The notes: generated by a model from the letters alone, not told the origin. Counted from the first letter of the stretch, positions 36,911 to 46,856 are shown. The stretch: DNA of 48,748 nucleotides from Patescibacteria group bacterium (GCA_023473595.1 JAMCYV010000022.1:1-48748), one strand, 5' to 3'. Program-made: numbers and translations.

Positions 36911-37951
36911 ATGAATAAATACCAAGAATTTATTAAAGAAACTTTAAGTTGTTTTCCTAGTTATGATCTTTCTAAAGATGATAAAAAAGCCATTGAAAGA
37001 GAAGGGCTTTCCGTTTGGATAACAAATAAGCTTGTAAGAAGCCAGTTTCGAAGAGCTACTTTAAAGGAAAACACAAAAGCTTTTATTTTGGGCCAGGTAG
37101 AAAAAAGCGTAAAGGAAAATAAGCCCATTTACATTATTGCCTGTTTTGGCGGGTATAAGCATTTTTGGAACTCTTATCACCCGGAAGTGGAATGGGCGGA
37201 ACTTTTTAATTTCCGGTCAATGTCAGAATACCTAGCACCGATAGCAGCTGCTTATGAGCCTGGTGTTATTTTAGAGTACGAATCAGAAGACGTTATTATC
37301 TCTCCAATGGACAATTATCCCGAAGAAGCGATGGAAGATTATGCAAAAAGTTACCGTAAACTTATCGATATTTATGCCAAATGCTTGCCAAAGAACTTTA
37401 TATTAAGGCTTATAAGGGCAACAGAACAATATGACAAAGAGAAGCTTTTTAAAAGGATAGATGATCTTTTGCCAGCGAAAAAGAAAAAATGGGAGAAGCT
37501 TTCTAAAAAAGAGATCGAAGAAAGAACGCATAGGACCGATAAAAACATTATGTGGAAGGGTAAAGAAGACTGGACAAAGTTAAACCTCAAGGAAAAAGAA
37601 GAAAAAATCTTAGAGAGCAAGGTCTTGAATGATACTTTTTACGATGCTGATTTTGAGTTAAGGCCTGATTATTTTGAGGGAGAAAATCATATCCCGATGG
37701 TCTTTACTTTTGGCTTGGGTTATGAAAATGTTGGCGATTGGCTGATTTTAGCCTCTGCCAGTTCTTCTTTTGTAGATTTTTGGGCTGGGAGAGGTATCTT
37801 GGAAGATAGAGGGGAAAAGATCATTCCCAGGATCGTTTCCCAGGGACAATATAATAACATTAAAAACTCTTTAAAGGTTGAAAAAATCGGTATTTTACCG
37901 CTTAGAAACTTTGAGACAATAGAAGTTTATAAAGGAACTCTTAAATTTTAA
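36911..37951 (+). CDS. Hypothetical enzyme, distant PvcA/Dit1-like pattern
   Basis: 346 aa; PIYIIACFGGYK...PEVEWAELF...IAAAYEPGVILEYESED; own terminator. Confidence 0.7.
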   Translation: MNKYQEFIKETLSCFPSYDLSKDDKKAIEREGLSVWITNKLVRSQFRRATLKENTKAFILGQVEKSVKENKPIYIIACFGGYKHFWNSYHPEVEWAELFNFRSMSEYLAPIAAAYEPGVILEYESEDVIISPMDNYPEEAMEDYAKSYRKLIDIYAKCLPKNFILRLIRATEQYDKEKLFKRIDDLLPAKKKKWEKLSKKEIEERTHRTDKNIMWKGKEDWTKLNLKEKEEKILESKVLNDTFYDADFELRPDYFEGENHIPMVFTFGLGYENVGDWLILASASSSFVDFWAGRGILEDRGEKIIPRIVSQGQYNNIKNSLKVEKIGILPLRNFETIEVYKGTLKF

Positions 37952-37953
37952 CC

Positions 37954-37983
37954 ACTAGAAAAGCCCCGAGGGGCTTTTCTAGT
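37954..37983. terminator. Bidirectional intrinsic terminator
   Basis: ACTAGAAAAGCCCC-GA-GGGGCTTTTCTAGT between convergent genes. Confidence 0.88.
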
Positions 37984-38001
37984 AAGACTAGAACCCTGGG
38001 G

Positions 38002-38511
38002 CTAATGAACAGGTATTGGGTCTCTCACTTTCTTTTTCGGGTAAAAACGCGGTTGCTTTTCCCGTGTAAACGGAGGCGGAGATGGCAACTTACTCGGATC
38101 CTTGGAAAGCCTATAATATAAGTTAACCGCTATTTCCCGCGCCTCCATTGCCTTAGTATAAGCCTCTAAGGCTCTTTTATAGGATTCTCCCATAAAGATA
38201 TTTTTCCCGAGGACGATTGTCAGATCTTCGTCTAGTTCGTAGATTAGCTTTCTAGCGGCAATGCGGCTAGCGTCTTCCCGAGGGTTAATCTTCGAAAATT
38301 TTGGGACGATTGGCAGGGCTTTATTCCTCTTTTGTTTGGCTAGGATTTTTAAGATTAGAACTTGAGCCCTGTATTCCCTTAGATATTGGACGAAAGCGAA
38401 GCCAGGTTCCAAGTAAGTAATAATAGGATTCTTCTTGAAACGGCCTATTATATGCTTAATCATTTTTATGGTTTCCCAGGTAGTCGCCTTCTTCTTAGAA
38501 AACGGAGGCAT
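38002..38511 (-). CDS. Hypothetical basic protein
   Basis: 169-aa ORF, AAAGGA SD, ends at the shared terminator. Confidence 0.55.
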   Translation of the reverse strand: MPPFSKKKATTWETIKMIKHIIGRFKKNPIITYLEPGFAFVQYLREYRAQVLILKILAKQKRNKALPIVPKFSKINPREDASRIAARKLIYELDEDLTIVLGKNIFMGESYKRALEAYTKAMEAREIAVNLYYRLSKDPSKLPSPPPFTREKQPRFYPKKKVRDPIPVH

Positions 38512-38652
38512 CCGAATTCCTTTCGACGAGGTTTACATTCATATTTTGCCCGAAAAAGGCATACAGTTGTAAAACAGCTGGATAACGATAAGAATTAAGG
38601 CAATTTTAGTAGAAAAAGAGTTATTTGTAAAGATTTAGCTTAAAAACAAAGA

Positions 38653-38675
38653 AAGGCCCGGCAAAGCCGGGCCTT
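38653..38675 (-). terminator. Intrinsic terminator
   Basis: AAGGCCCGGC-AAA-GCCGGGCCTT with a T-rich tail on the minus strand. Confidence 0.8.
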
Positions 38676-38686
38676 CCCCTGGTTCT

Positions 38687-39112
38687 TTAGTCCTTCGGCG
38701 GGACCTGTTGCAGCGGGATTGTCGTTTGAGTTTGCTGCTGGGTCGGCGCGGCTGAAACTGGCGGTTGCTGAGTCGTCGGAGCAGTTGGAACTGATGTTTT
38801 AGCAGCCGGCACTTGAACCAAGCCTTCCACTTCCACCTGGGTAATAATCCGGTCTTTATTATAGTGAATGACATGCTGTTTTCCGGGGTAAAAGATGAAG
38901 TTGGCTATCCCATTGAAGGCAACATAACCCTGCTGACCGTTCTCATCCTTGATATAAATCAAGGTTGCTGGATTTTCGCCTGTCTGCCAAACTGGCTTTT
39001 CAAGTACTGTCCCCTTTACTGTTAAATCACTTTTGCTATTAGGGGTACAGCCTGTGACCAGTAAAAGCATTATTGTCATCGCCGATAGATAGAGCAGAAC
39101 CTTTTTAGGCAT
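38687..39112 (-). CDS. Putative lipoprotein with Pro/Thr/Gln-rich tail
   Basis: MPKKVLLYLSAMTIMLLLVTGC signal/lipobox; GGGGGTG SD. Confidence 0.75.
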   Translation of the reverse strand: MPKKVLLYLSAMTIMLLLVTGCTPNSKSDLTVKGTVLEKPVWQTGENPATLIYIKDENGQQGYVAFNGIANFIFYPGKQHVIHYNKDRIITQVEVEGLVQVPAAKTSVPTAPTTQQPPVSAAPTQQQTQTTIPLQQVPPKD

Positions 39113-39387
39113 TTCAACACCCCCTTTAGTCTTGCCACTAAAAACCGTTCTGCAAGCTTAAGACCAGGGTAAGCTTACTTAAGATATTAATTTAGTTATG
39201 TTTAAAATTCCTGGTCAAGTTTCCTAAAAAACTTATTTTTAAGCATAGTTTTTTTAGAAAACTTGTTAAATTTTAGTTAAAGGGTTACTAAAGACTCTTA
39301 AAGAAGCGGCTAATTTTTGAATTATTTGACATATAAAAAGAGGCCTTTAGAGCTTAAAATCAAGGGTACTAAAAGAAAGGAGGTCAG

Positions 39388-39576
39388 ATGCAGTTTTATA
39401 ACGTTCGAAAAAGAAAGAGGGTTGAAGTGTCTGATGAAAAAATAAAAAAAACTGTTTATGAAAGCCGGAAGGGACAAAAAAGGTATGCTGCTAGGGCAGT
39501 AGATGATGACGGGACTATGCTTACAAAGTTTATCAGCAAGGAGATGTTCGATGGTCTAGATGTTCCTATGGAGTAA
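39388..39576 (+). CDS. Small basic protein, possibly nucleic-acid binding
   Basis: AAAGGAGGT SD; 62 aa, K/R-rich, beta-strand-like pattern. Confidence 0.8.
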   Translation: MQFYNVRKRKRVEVSDEKIKKTVYESRKGQKRYAARAVDDDGTMLTKFISKEMFDGLDVPME

Positions 39577-39831
39577 AAGCTCTATTTTTTTAAAGCCTAG
39601 ATTGAAAGTATTCTGAACTAGTGAAAATTTATATAAATAAAATATCCAAGCTCGTATTTTAATTTATTCTTTTTCTCTACTTTACAGCTGTCAAGAATGT
39701 TCTTTTTCCAAGGAGTCATAATTTAGCAGTTTTTATAAAAGTTCTCAAAAGATCTTTTATTATCTGTCCCATATTATAATGACTTCTTTTTAGGGTCTCG
39801 GTAAGGTGGACTAAAGATAAAGGAGGAAATT

Positions 39832-40953
39832 ATGTTTAAAAATGCGGTCAAACTCTTTAAAATTTTCGGGATTCAGATAGACATCGATTTTTCCTGGGTA
39901 ATTATTTTTCTTCTTGTAGTCTGGATTCTGGCCTTTCAGTTTTTCCCCCGGTTTTATCCATTTTCAACAACGACTAACATCATTCTCGGTTTTATAACTT
40001 CAATAGTTTTCTTTGCGAGTGTCATTTTTCATGAATTGGCTCATTCTCTAGTTGCTAAAAGGCAGGGGATTAATGTCAAAAAAATCACTCTTTTTATTTT
40101 TGGCGGGGTTTCTCAAATAACCGAAGAGCCAGGCACCGCCAAAGCAGAATTTAAAATGGCGATTGCCGGACCGCTTTCGAGCATATTTTTAGGGATGGTT
40201 TTCTTGGGGATTTATGTCATTGGCCGAAATTTTCTACCCCTTACTTTGAAAGCGCCTATAGGTTTCTTAGCAGATATTAATCTCACTTTGGCAATCTTTA
40301 ATTTAATCCCTGGTTTTCCTTTGGATGGCGGCCGGGTCTTTAGGTCGATTCTCTGGTACTTTAACAAAGATATCTTAAAAAGCACCAAAATCGCCGTCTG
40401 GACAGGAAGAATTTTCGCTTTCTTCTTAATCGGTTTCGGCGTCTTTCGAATAGTATTTGCTGATCTTTCGGGACTTTGGTTTATCTTAATCGGCTTTTTC
40501 CTAGACCAAGCGGCTATCTCAAGCCTTTTTCAGATGGAAGCCAACATAATCTTAAATAAAATAAGCGTTGAAAAGGTGATGGACACAAACCCTAAACTTA
40601 TTTCTGAAAATATTACGGTTAGTGAACTTGCCAGAGAATATTTTAAAGATACCAAGGCCCATAGCTTCCTGGTGAAGGATAATGAAAATATCGGCTATGT
40701 GAGGGTCGATAATGTAAATAAGCTTCCTAAAAATCTCTGGGAAGAAAAGAGAATTTCAGACATTGTTGATCGTTATGAAGGAGAAGATCTTTTAAAGAAA
40801 TCGGACACCGCTCTTAAGGCCCTAGAACATATGCGAGGCCAAGATATCGACCAACTTCCGGTTTTGGAAAATCAAAATTTAGTCGGGGCTGTAAGTATCG
40901 AAAAAGTTATTGAATACTTGAACGAAGAGATGAAAGCTGGTAAGAGTAAATGA
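39832..40953 (+). CDS. Site-2 protease (M50) with CBS domains
   Basis: HELAH, FIFGG, AGP, FNLIPGFPLDGGR; C-terminal CBS pair. Confidence 0.95.
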   Translation: MFKNAVKLFKIFGIQIDIDFSWVIIFLLVVWILAFQFFPRFYPFSTTTNIILGFITSIVFFASVIFHELAHSLVAKRQGINVKKITLFIFGGVSQITEEPGTAKAEFKMAIAGPLSSIFLGMVFLGIYVIGRNFLPLTLKAPIGFLADINLTLAIFNLIPGFPLDGGRVFRSILWYFNKDILKSTKIAVWTGRIFAFFLIGFGVFRIVFADLSGLWFILIGFFLDQAAISSLFQMEANIILNKISVEKVMDTNPKLISENITVSELAREYFKDTKAHSFLVKDNENIGYVRVDNVNKLPKNLWEEKRISDIVDRYEGEDLLKKSDTALKALEHMRGQDIDQLPVLENQNLVGAVSIEKVIEYLNEEMKAGKSK

Positions 40954-41054
40954 TTTTGTTAAAATGACTGATACCTTTTTATCTTCAAAATGTTTAAATT
41001 CTAAAGAACTTATGTATCCCAAGCGCAAGTTGGTTTTTTAAAAGGAGATTTAAA

Positions 41055-41513
41055 ATGAAAAGGATATGGAAGCTGACCTTCTTTAGAAGGCTAACAGCGA
41101 TGGTTTTCCAGCTTGATGAGCGGGATATTGCTGTCCATGGGCTTTGCAAAGCTTTGGGCTGGAAAAAGAGAAGCAATAGAGAGCTTAGGGGCCTTAAGAA
41201 AATCGAAAGGGGCCTTCTAGTTCCATCAGGCATTCTCTGGTTTGTTTTAAGTATTTCCTGCATCGTTCTCTCATTTATTCTTATTAAAACTCAAGCCTTC
41301 CCTTTAAGTGAGCTTCCGTACTACGTAGCGCCACTTCTAGCGGTGGCTGGCCTTTCAGTTGTCTTTCAGTGGTGGGTGAATAGAAGCCACGTTTGGACGG
41401 CTATCATTCTTGTTATCGCTGTTATCCTTTTCGTTCAAGCCTATGACTGGGCAGTGCAAATTCCGGAGTTTGAAGCCTGGGTTAATAATCTCGTTCAATT
41501 CTTCGGTGGATAA
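41055..41513 (+). CDS. Hypothetical membrane protein
   Basis: AAGGAG SD; three TM; followed by a terminator. Confidence 0.65.
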   Translation: MKRIWKLTFFRRLTAMVFQLDERDIAVHGLCKALGWKKRSNRELRGLKKIERGLLVPSGILWFVLSISCIVLSFILIKTQAFPLSELPYYVAPLLAVAGLSVVFQWWVNRSHVWTAIILVIAVILFVQAYDWAVQIPEFEAWVNNLVQFFGG

Positions 41514-41529
41514 ACGTATAGTTCGCTTT

Positions 41530-41554
41530 GTCCCCGACTTTTTTAGTCGGGGAC
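41530..41554 (+). terminator. Intrinsic terminator
   Basis: GTCCCCGACT-TTTTT-AGTCGGGGAC followed by TTTGCTTTT. Confidence 0.8.
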
Positions 41555-41586
41555 TTTGCTTTTGTAAAGCCAAATCATAGGCTTGA

Positions 41587-41615
41587 TTGACAAAGTCCTA
41601 TTTTTGTTGTATAAT
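41587..41615 (+). promoter_or_regulatory. Perfect consensus sigma70 promoter
   Basis: TTGACA 41587-41592, 17-nt spacer ending in TG, TATAAT 41610-41615. Confidence 0.85.
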
Positions 41616-41703
41616 CGCTCGTTAGAATCATTTGTCTCATGCATATTTGAAAATAAGTCTCCCTTCGGGAGATTACATATAAAGAGCGCGGGAAGGAGTA
41701 GAG

Positions 41704-42444
41704 GTGGAAGTGGATTACAAGGAGTATCATACTCCCAAGCTGGTTCAGGATCTGGAAAGTCTGGATCCGTTTTCTTCAATTTCAACAGAGCAGTCTGTCA
41801 GTTCAGCTGGGGAAAGTGGCGAATTTGTCTTTCAGGCTAATGACTTCCTTGAAGTGGCGAAAAGGGTAGCCGAGATAGTTGATATCGCTGCCAAACCGGT
41901 AGAGGCGGTGAATGAAACGATCGCTGTAACGTCTGCCTATCTTAAGGAGTGGGGCGTAGAGCATTGCCTTGGCCCGTACTCTGCTGCCAAGATTATCTCA
42001 AAGGCAGCGTGTGCCACCAAGGACATCGGGCGATGTCCCGGTGCTTTAATGATTCTTGCCATGAAGCATACCGTCGAGGCCGCTGGCGGACGTTTCAATG
42101 TCGCGGAGACGATATCTTTACTAATAGAGGAGAATCTTAAAATCGTCTCTGCTTCCGGTTACGACCGCTATCAGACCTTCTCGACCGCTGGGTTCAGGAT
42201 TTGGGCTTTAAAGAAGAACCGGCAAGGTTTTCTAGACCGAGCCTACAAGTGCTACGAATCTGGCAATTTGGAGGAGGCGGATGTTCACTTGAAATCTGCC
42301 GACTACCAGAGCGGTCTCGTTTTGGCAGAAATCAGAAAGCGGGACGAAAGCGTCAAAAGATATACTGATGAAGGAGAACTTGCCGAGAAACGGATTCTAG
42401 CGTATAAGAAGATCCAGAATTTCCTGGAGTTGCTTTCGGCATAA
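41704..42444 (+). CDS. Hypothetical protein
   Basis: AAGGAG SD before GTG; 246 aa; downstream of a consensus promoter. Confidence 0.65.
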   Translation: MEVDYKEYHTPKLVQDLESLDPFSSISTEQSVSSAGESGEFVFQANDFLEVAKRVAEIVDIAAKPVEAVNETIAVTSAYLKEWGVEHCLGPYSAAKIISKAACATKDIGRCPGALMILAMKHTVEAAGGRFNVAETISLLIEENLKIVSASGYDRYQTFSTAGFRIWALKKNRQGFLDRAYKCYESGNLEEADVHLKSADYQSGLVLAEIRKRDESVKRYTDEGELAEKRILAYKKIQNFLELLSA

Positions 42445-42455
42445 GGGAGTGATTT

Positions 42456-42483
42456 GTAGGGCGTAGCCACGTGGCTACGCCCT
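42456..42483. repeat. Perfect 26-bp palindrome with GTAG foot (REP-like or terminator)
   Basis: GT+AGGGCGTAGCCAC|GTGGCTACGCCCT. Confidence 0.65.
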
Positions 42484-42642
42484 TGTTCGTATCTGGACTA
42501 CTTAATTATTACTTTAACTTCTGGTTTTTTCTTTAACGGAGTCTCTAGGCTTGTTTTTATTATTTCTGATTCTACTGGCAAGGGTTTTCTTACTTCTAAC
42601 ATCTTATAGTTTGAATATTAAAATCTCTATTTAATAAGCAAT

Positions 42643-42661
42643 TTGGCAGGGCCAAGGGGAG
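42643..42661 (-). mobile_element. att-like direct repeat of the tRNA-Glu 3' end
   Basis: TTGGCAGGGCCAAGGGGAG identical to 42816-42834. Confidence 0.8.
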
Positions 42662-42780
42662 CTTACCGCATTCACATGCTGATTAACTAGAGACATTCTA
42701 TGAAATCTTCTTCATAATAATCATTTTTACTGTTCTGGATATCTTTTCCAGGCAGGAGTTCGATCTCTTAGTCTAAACAA

Positions 42781-42815
42781 GAAAAGAACCTCAACTTCTA
42801 GCTGAGATTCTTTTC
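42781..42815 (-). terminator. Terminator directly after tRNA-Glu
   Basis: Minus strand GAAAAGAATCTCA-loop-TGAGGTTCTTTTC. Confidence 0.65.
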
Positions 42816-42816
42816 T

Positions 42817-42891
42817 TGGCAGGGCCAAGGGGAGTCGAACCCCTGTTACCAGGATGAAAACCTGGCGTCCTGACCACTAGACGATGGCCCC
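42817..42891 (-). tRNA. tRNA-Glu (TTC)
   Basis: GGGGCCA/TGGCCCT acceptor stem, CCAGG-TTTTCAT-CCTGG anticodon arm, GGTTCGACTCC, encoded CCA. Confidence 0.95.
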
Positions 42892-43041
42892 AAAATACTT
42901 ATAAATTTTACCATAAAATAAGCACGTTTTCAAGAAAACTAAAGAACAATTTATTTTCAAATAAGTTTATGCTATAAATTAAATATGCTTATTAAATCCT
43001 TCTTCACTGAAAAGTTACGAAGGACTAAAGGGAGGAAATAG

Positions 43042-44064
<1,023 letters not shown>

Positions 44065-44089
44065 AAGGAATAAGAAAAAAGCTTATTGT

Positions 44090-44174
44090 TGTCATCCCAG
44101 ACTATACCTATAAAAATATAATCAGTTGATCTGGGATCCATAGTCTCTGGATTCCCGCTTCCGTGAGAATGACA
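44090..44174. repeat. TGTCAT...ATGACA palindromic element
   Basis: TGTCATCCCAGA...TCTGGGATCCA...TGGATTCCCGCTTCCGTGAGAATGACA. Confidence 0.8.
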
Positions 44175-44185
44175 TAAAAGGTGAT

Positions 44186-45358
44186 ATGAAAAGTATTAAA
44201 GGTATTAATGTTAAAAGCAAAAGAGTGCTCTTAAGAGTTGATTTTAATGTGCCTGTTTTAAGCGGGAAGATTTTGGATAATACCAAAATCCAAGCTCATG
44301 TTCCGACGCTTGATTATCTTAAAAAATACGGTGCCAAGACGATTTTAATCTCTCATTTTGGCAAACCCAAAGGCAAAAAAGTAAAAGGGCTTTCTTTAAA
44401 ACCAGTGGCTAAAGAGCTAGAAAAAATTTTGGAAAGGAAAGTTATATTTATACCAGAAGTCTGGGGGAAGAAAGTTGAGGATCAAATTTCAAAATTAAAA
44501 GACGGTGAAATTTGCGTTCTAGAAAACTTAAGATATGATAAGGGCGAAGAGATGAATGATCCAGTTTTTACCGAGAGGCTAGCAAGACTTGGAGATATAT
44601 TTGTCCAAGATGCCTTCGCCGAATGCCACAAGGCAGCTGCTTCTATGGTTGGCATCCCTAAAATTTTACCTGCATATGCCGGTTTTCTTTTGGAAAAAGA
44701 GATTGAAAACCTTACCAAATATCTTCTTAAGCCTAAGAAACCGTTTATCTGCATTATAGGCGGAGCCAAGATTTCTACCAAAATCGATATCTTGAAATCT
44801 CTTATTGGCAAAGCTGATGTCCTAGCAATAGGCGGGGGAATGGCCAATAATTTTTTGGCTGTCGAAGGGTTCGAAGTTGGCAAATCAATGGTAGAAGAGG
44901 ACTACTTTGATGAAGCCGACAGCATCTTAAGCGATGCCCATTATAAGGAAACGGAAATAATTCTACCGGAGGATGTTTATACAGCCAAAAAATTAGATTC
45001 TAGAAACAAACCAGAACTCAAAGAAATAAACCAAGTTAGCACAAATGATATAATCGTTGATATTGGGCCCAAAACAGTCGGCAAGTTTGTCCAGCCGATA
45101 GAATTCGCCGGCACTGTCTTTTGGAACGGGCCCTTAGGAGTCACTGAAGTAGAGAATTTCTCTAAGAGTACAAAAGCAATTGCCGAAATTGTCTTAAAAA
45201 GCAAAGCAGTCAGCATTGTTGGAGGGGGCGATACAATTGCTGTCTTAGAAAAATTTAAACTTACTGGCAAATTCACTTATGTCTCGACAGGTGGAGGTGC
45301 AACAATGGAATTTATTGAAAAAGAAGGAAAGCTTCCGGGAATTATGGCGCTGGGATAA
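44186..45358 (+). CDS. pgk: Phosphoglycerate kinase
   Basis: RVDFNVP, SHFGKP, LENLRY, GGAKISTK, WNGPLG, GGGDT, STGGGA. Confidence 0.97.
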   Translation: MKSIKGINVKSKRVLLRVDFNVPVLSGKILDNTKIQAHVPTLDYLKKYGAKTILISHFGKPKGKKVKGLSLKPVAKELEKILERKVIFIPEVWGKKVEDQISKLKDGEICVLENLRYDKGEEMNDPVFTERLARLGDIFVQDAFAECHKAAASMVGIPKILPAYAGFLLEKEIENLTKYLLKPKKPFICIIGGAKISTKIDILKSLIGKADVLAIGGGMANNFLAVEGFEVGKSMVEEDYFDEADSILSDAHYKETEIILPEDVYTAKKLDSRNKPELKEINQVSTNDIIVDIGPKTVGKFVQPIEFAGTVFWNGPLGVTEVENFSKSTKAIAEIVLKSKAVSIVGGGDTIAVLEKFKLTGKFTYVSTGGGATMEFIEKEGKLPGIMALG

Positions 45359-45363
45359 TCTTT

Positions 45364-45580
45364 TGTCATTTCTGATTTGACCAGGAATCTTACTCTCGTC
45401 AATCTCGCGAAAGCGGGAATCCAGAGCTAAGTAAAAAGACATTCTTTTTCTACTTTTGTCTTGCCAAGCGAAGCTAGTTCAGGACAGGTGCCAGTAGGCA
45501 AAAGTTAGGATAAGCGAATGTTGTCATCCCGACCGAAGTGGAGAGATCTCTCGACTTCACTTCGTTCGCTCGAGATGACA
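45364..45580. repeat. Cluster of palindromic elements
   Basis: TGTCATTTCTGATTTGACCAGGAATC; GTCAATCTCGCGAAAGCGGGAATCCAG; TGTCATCCCGACCGAAGTGGAGAGATCTC...GCTCGAGATGACA (45522-45580). Confidence 0.8.
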
Positions 45581-45767
45581 TTTTTTATTTTCTTAAATGT
45601 TCGTTCGCTTCTTACTCGCTTTGAGAACTGATATGCGGAAAAAAATCATTACTTTATAAAGTTAAATTTTTGTTTAAAGATCCAAAATAACCTTAAGGAA
45701 AGAACTTATATTTGGATAACTAGCAGAATAATTTCTTTTTCTTTCCTTTTTATAATGGACTTACTTT

Positions 45768-45906
45768 AAAAAGCAAATTCCTGCTGTGCGCGTCTATTTT
45801 CGTTCCCTGGAATCCGTATTTTTTTAAGGATTAATTCTTAAAAAAGAGGATACCAAACCTTATGAACGATTAGTTTTGACGGCACTAGCGGAAATTTGCT
45901 TTTTTT
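45768..45906 (+). ncRNA. Compact 6S-like structured RNA
   Basis: End-to-end rod AAAAGCAAATTCCTGCTGTGCGCGTC / GACGGCACTAGCGGAAATTTGCTTTT; TATAAT at 45751-45756; T-run at the 3' end. Confidence 0.6.
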
Positions 45907-46036
45907 ATGCTTATAAATTCATTAAAATGTTCATTTAAAGCCAAAAATAATCTCTTGACTGCCGTAAAAAACTAATGTTTACTTACCTTTAGAGGAGGGA
46001 AACCTCTAGTTTGAAAAAGAAGGGAGGTGAAGTAAG

Positions 46037-46708
46037 GTGCTAGTAGAGTGGAGTAATGCAACCACCACTGCTGTTACAGATTCATTAACAAAAGTTATCG
46101 CTTATATTCCTAACATCATTGCAGCAATAGTTGTCCTACTTATCGGCATTATTGTTGCATGGGCGGTTAAAACCGTTGTCGTTAAAGTCTTAGGCTACGT
46201 CAATTTAAGTTCTGTTAGCGAAACAGTTGGCTTAAACAGAATCTTTACCGGTAAAGTAAACTTGGTTGGTCTTTTGGGCGATTTAGTCCAATGGATTACA
46301 GTCATTGTTTTCTTGATTCCGGCATTTGAGATTTTGAATCTAAATCAAGTCAATGAAGTCTTGCAGAATGTCGTAGCTTATGTACCAAATGTTGTAGCAG
46401 CCGTATTTATTCTTCTAGTCGGCGTGGTTGTAGCTGACTTAGTATCTAAGGTAGTTACCGAGACATCAAAGACCATCGGAGCTAAAACTTCCGATGTTTT
46501 AGCTGATGTTGCCAGGTACTCTATCGTAGTCTTTGTAAGTCTTGCTGCAATTTCGCAGCTTGGCGTCGCCCAAAGGTTGATCGAAAGTCTCTTCACCGGC
46601 CTTGTAGCTATGGTAGCTATCGCCGGCGGTATTGCTTTCGGTTTTGGCGGCCAAGATACTGCTAAAGACTTGGTCAACAGGCTTAGAAAAAATCTTCCTA
46701 AATCTTAA
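46037..46708 (+). CDS. Conserved-TM-helix repeat protein (MscS-related, CmpX-like)
   Basis: Duplicated AY(I/V)PN(I/V)(I/V)AA helix; GIAFGFGGQD; GGAGGTGA SD. Confidence 0.88.
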   Translation: MLVEWSNATTTAVTDSLTKVIAYIPNIIAAIVVLLIGIIVAWAVKTVVVKVLGYVNLSSVSETVGLNRIFTGKVNLVGLLGDLVQWITVIVFLIPAFEILNLNQVNEVLQNVVAYVPNVVAAVFILLVGVVVADLVSKVVTETSKTIGAKTSDVLADVARYSIVVFVSLAAISQLGVAQRLIESLFTGLVAMVAIAGGIAFGFGGQDTAKDLVNRLRKNLPKS

Positions 46709-46730
46709 TTGATTTAGGCAAACAAATATA

Positions 46731-46770
46731 AAAAACAAAAGATGGGGCTTCGGCCCTATCTTTTGTTTTT
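46731..46770 (+). terminator. Intrinsic terminator
   Basis: AAAAACAAAAGATGGGGC-TTCG-GCCCTATCTTTTGTTTTT. Confidence 0.9.
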
Positions 46771-46856
46771 TTTGGTTTTCATCTTTTAATAATGATATTT
46801 TAAAGAAATGGTTCGAAAATTTAATAGGTCTTTTCTTTTTTAGGGTGGTGGCTTAA

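Noticed and set aside
39140-39387. SigB-like GGGTA(C/T) promoters and a GACCAGG/CCTGGTC inverted repeat
   Set aside because: Spacing to any -35 is inconsistent, and a 7-bp arm can arise by chance
39577-39831. Riboswitch or ncRNA in the long AT-rich spacer before the M50 protease
   Set aside because: No convincing stem or known aptamer motif seen by eye
41543-41840. ORFs 41583..41840 (+) and 41543..41785 (-)
   Set aside because: They span a consensus promoter and overlap the better supported 41704 gene
45245-45442. 65-aa minus-strand ORF
   Set aside because: It is translated repeat sequence plus antisense of pgk; no start signals
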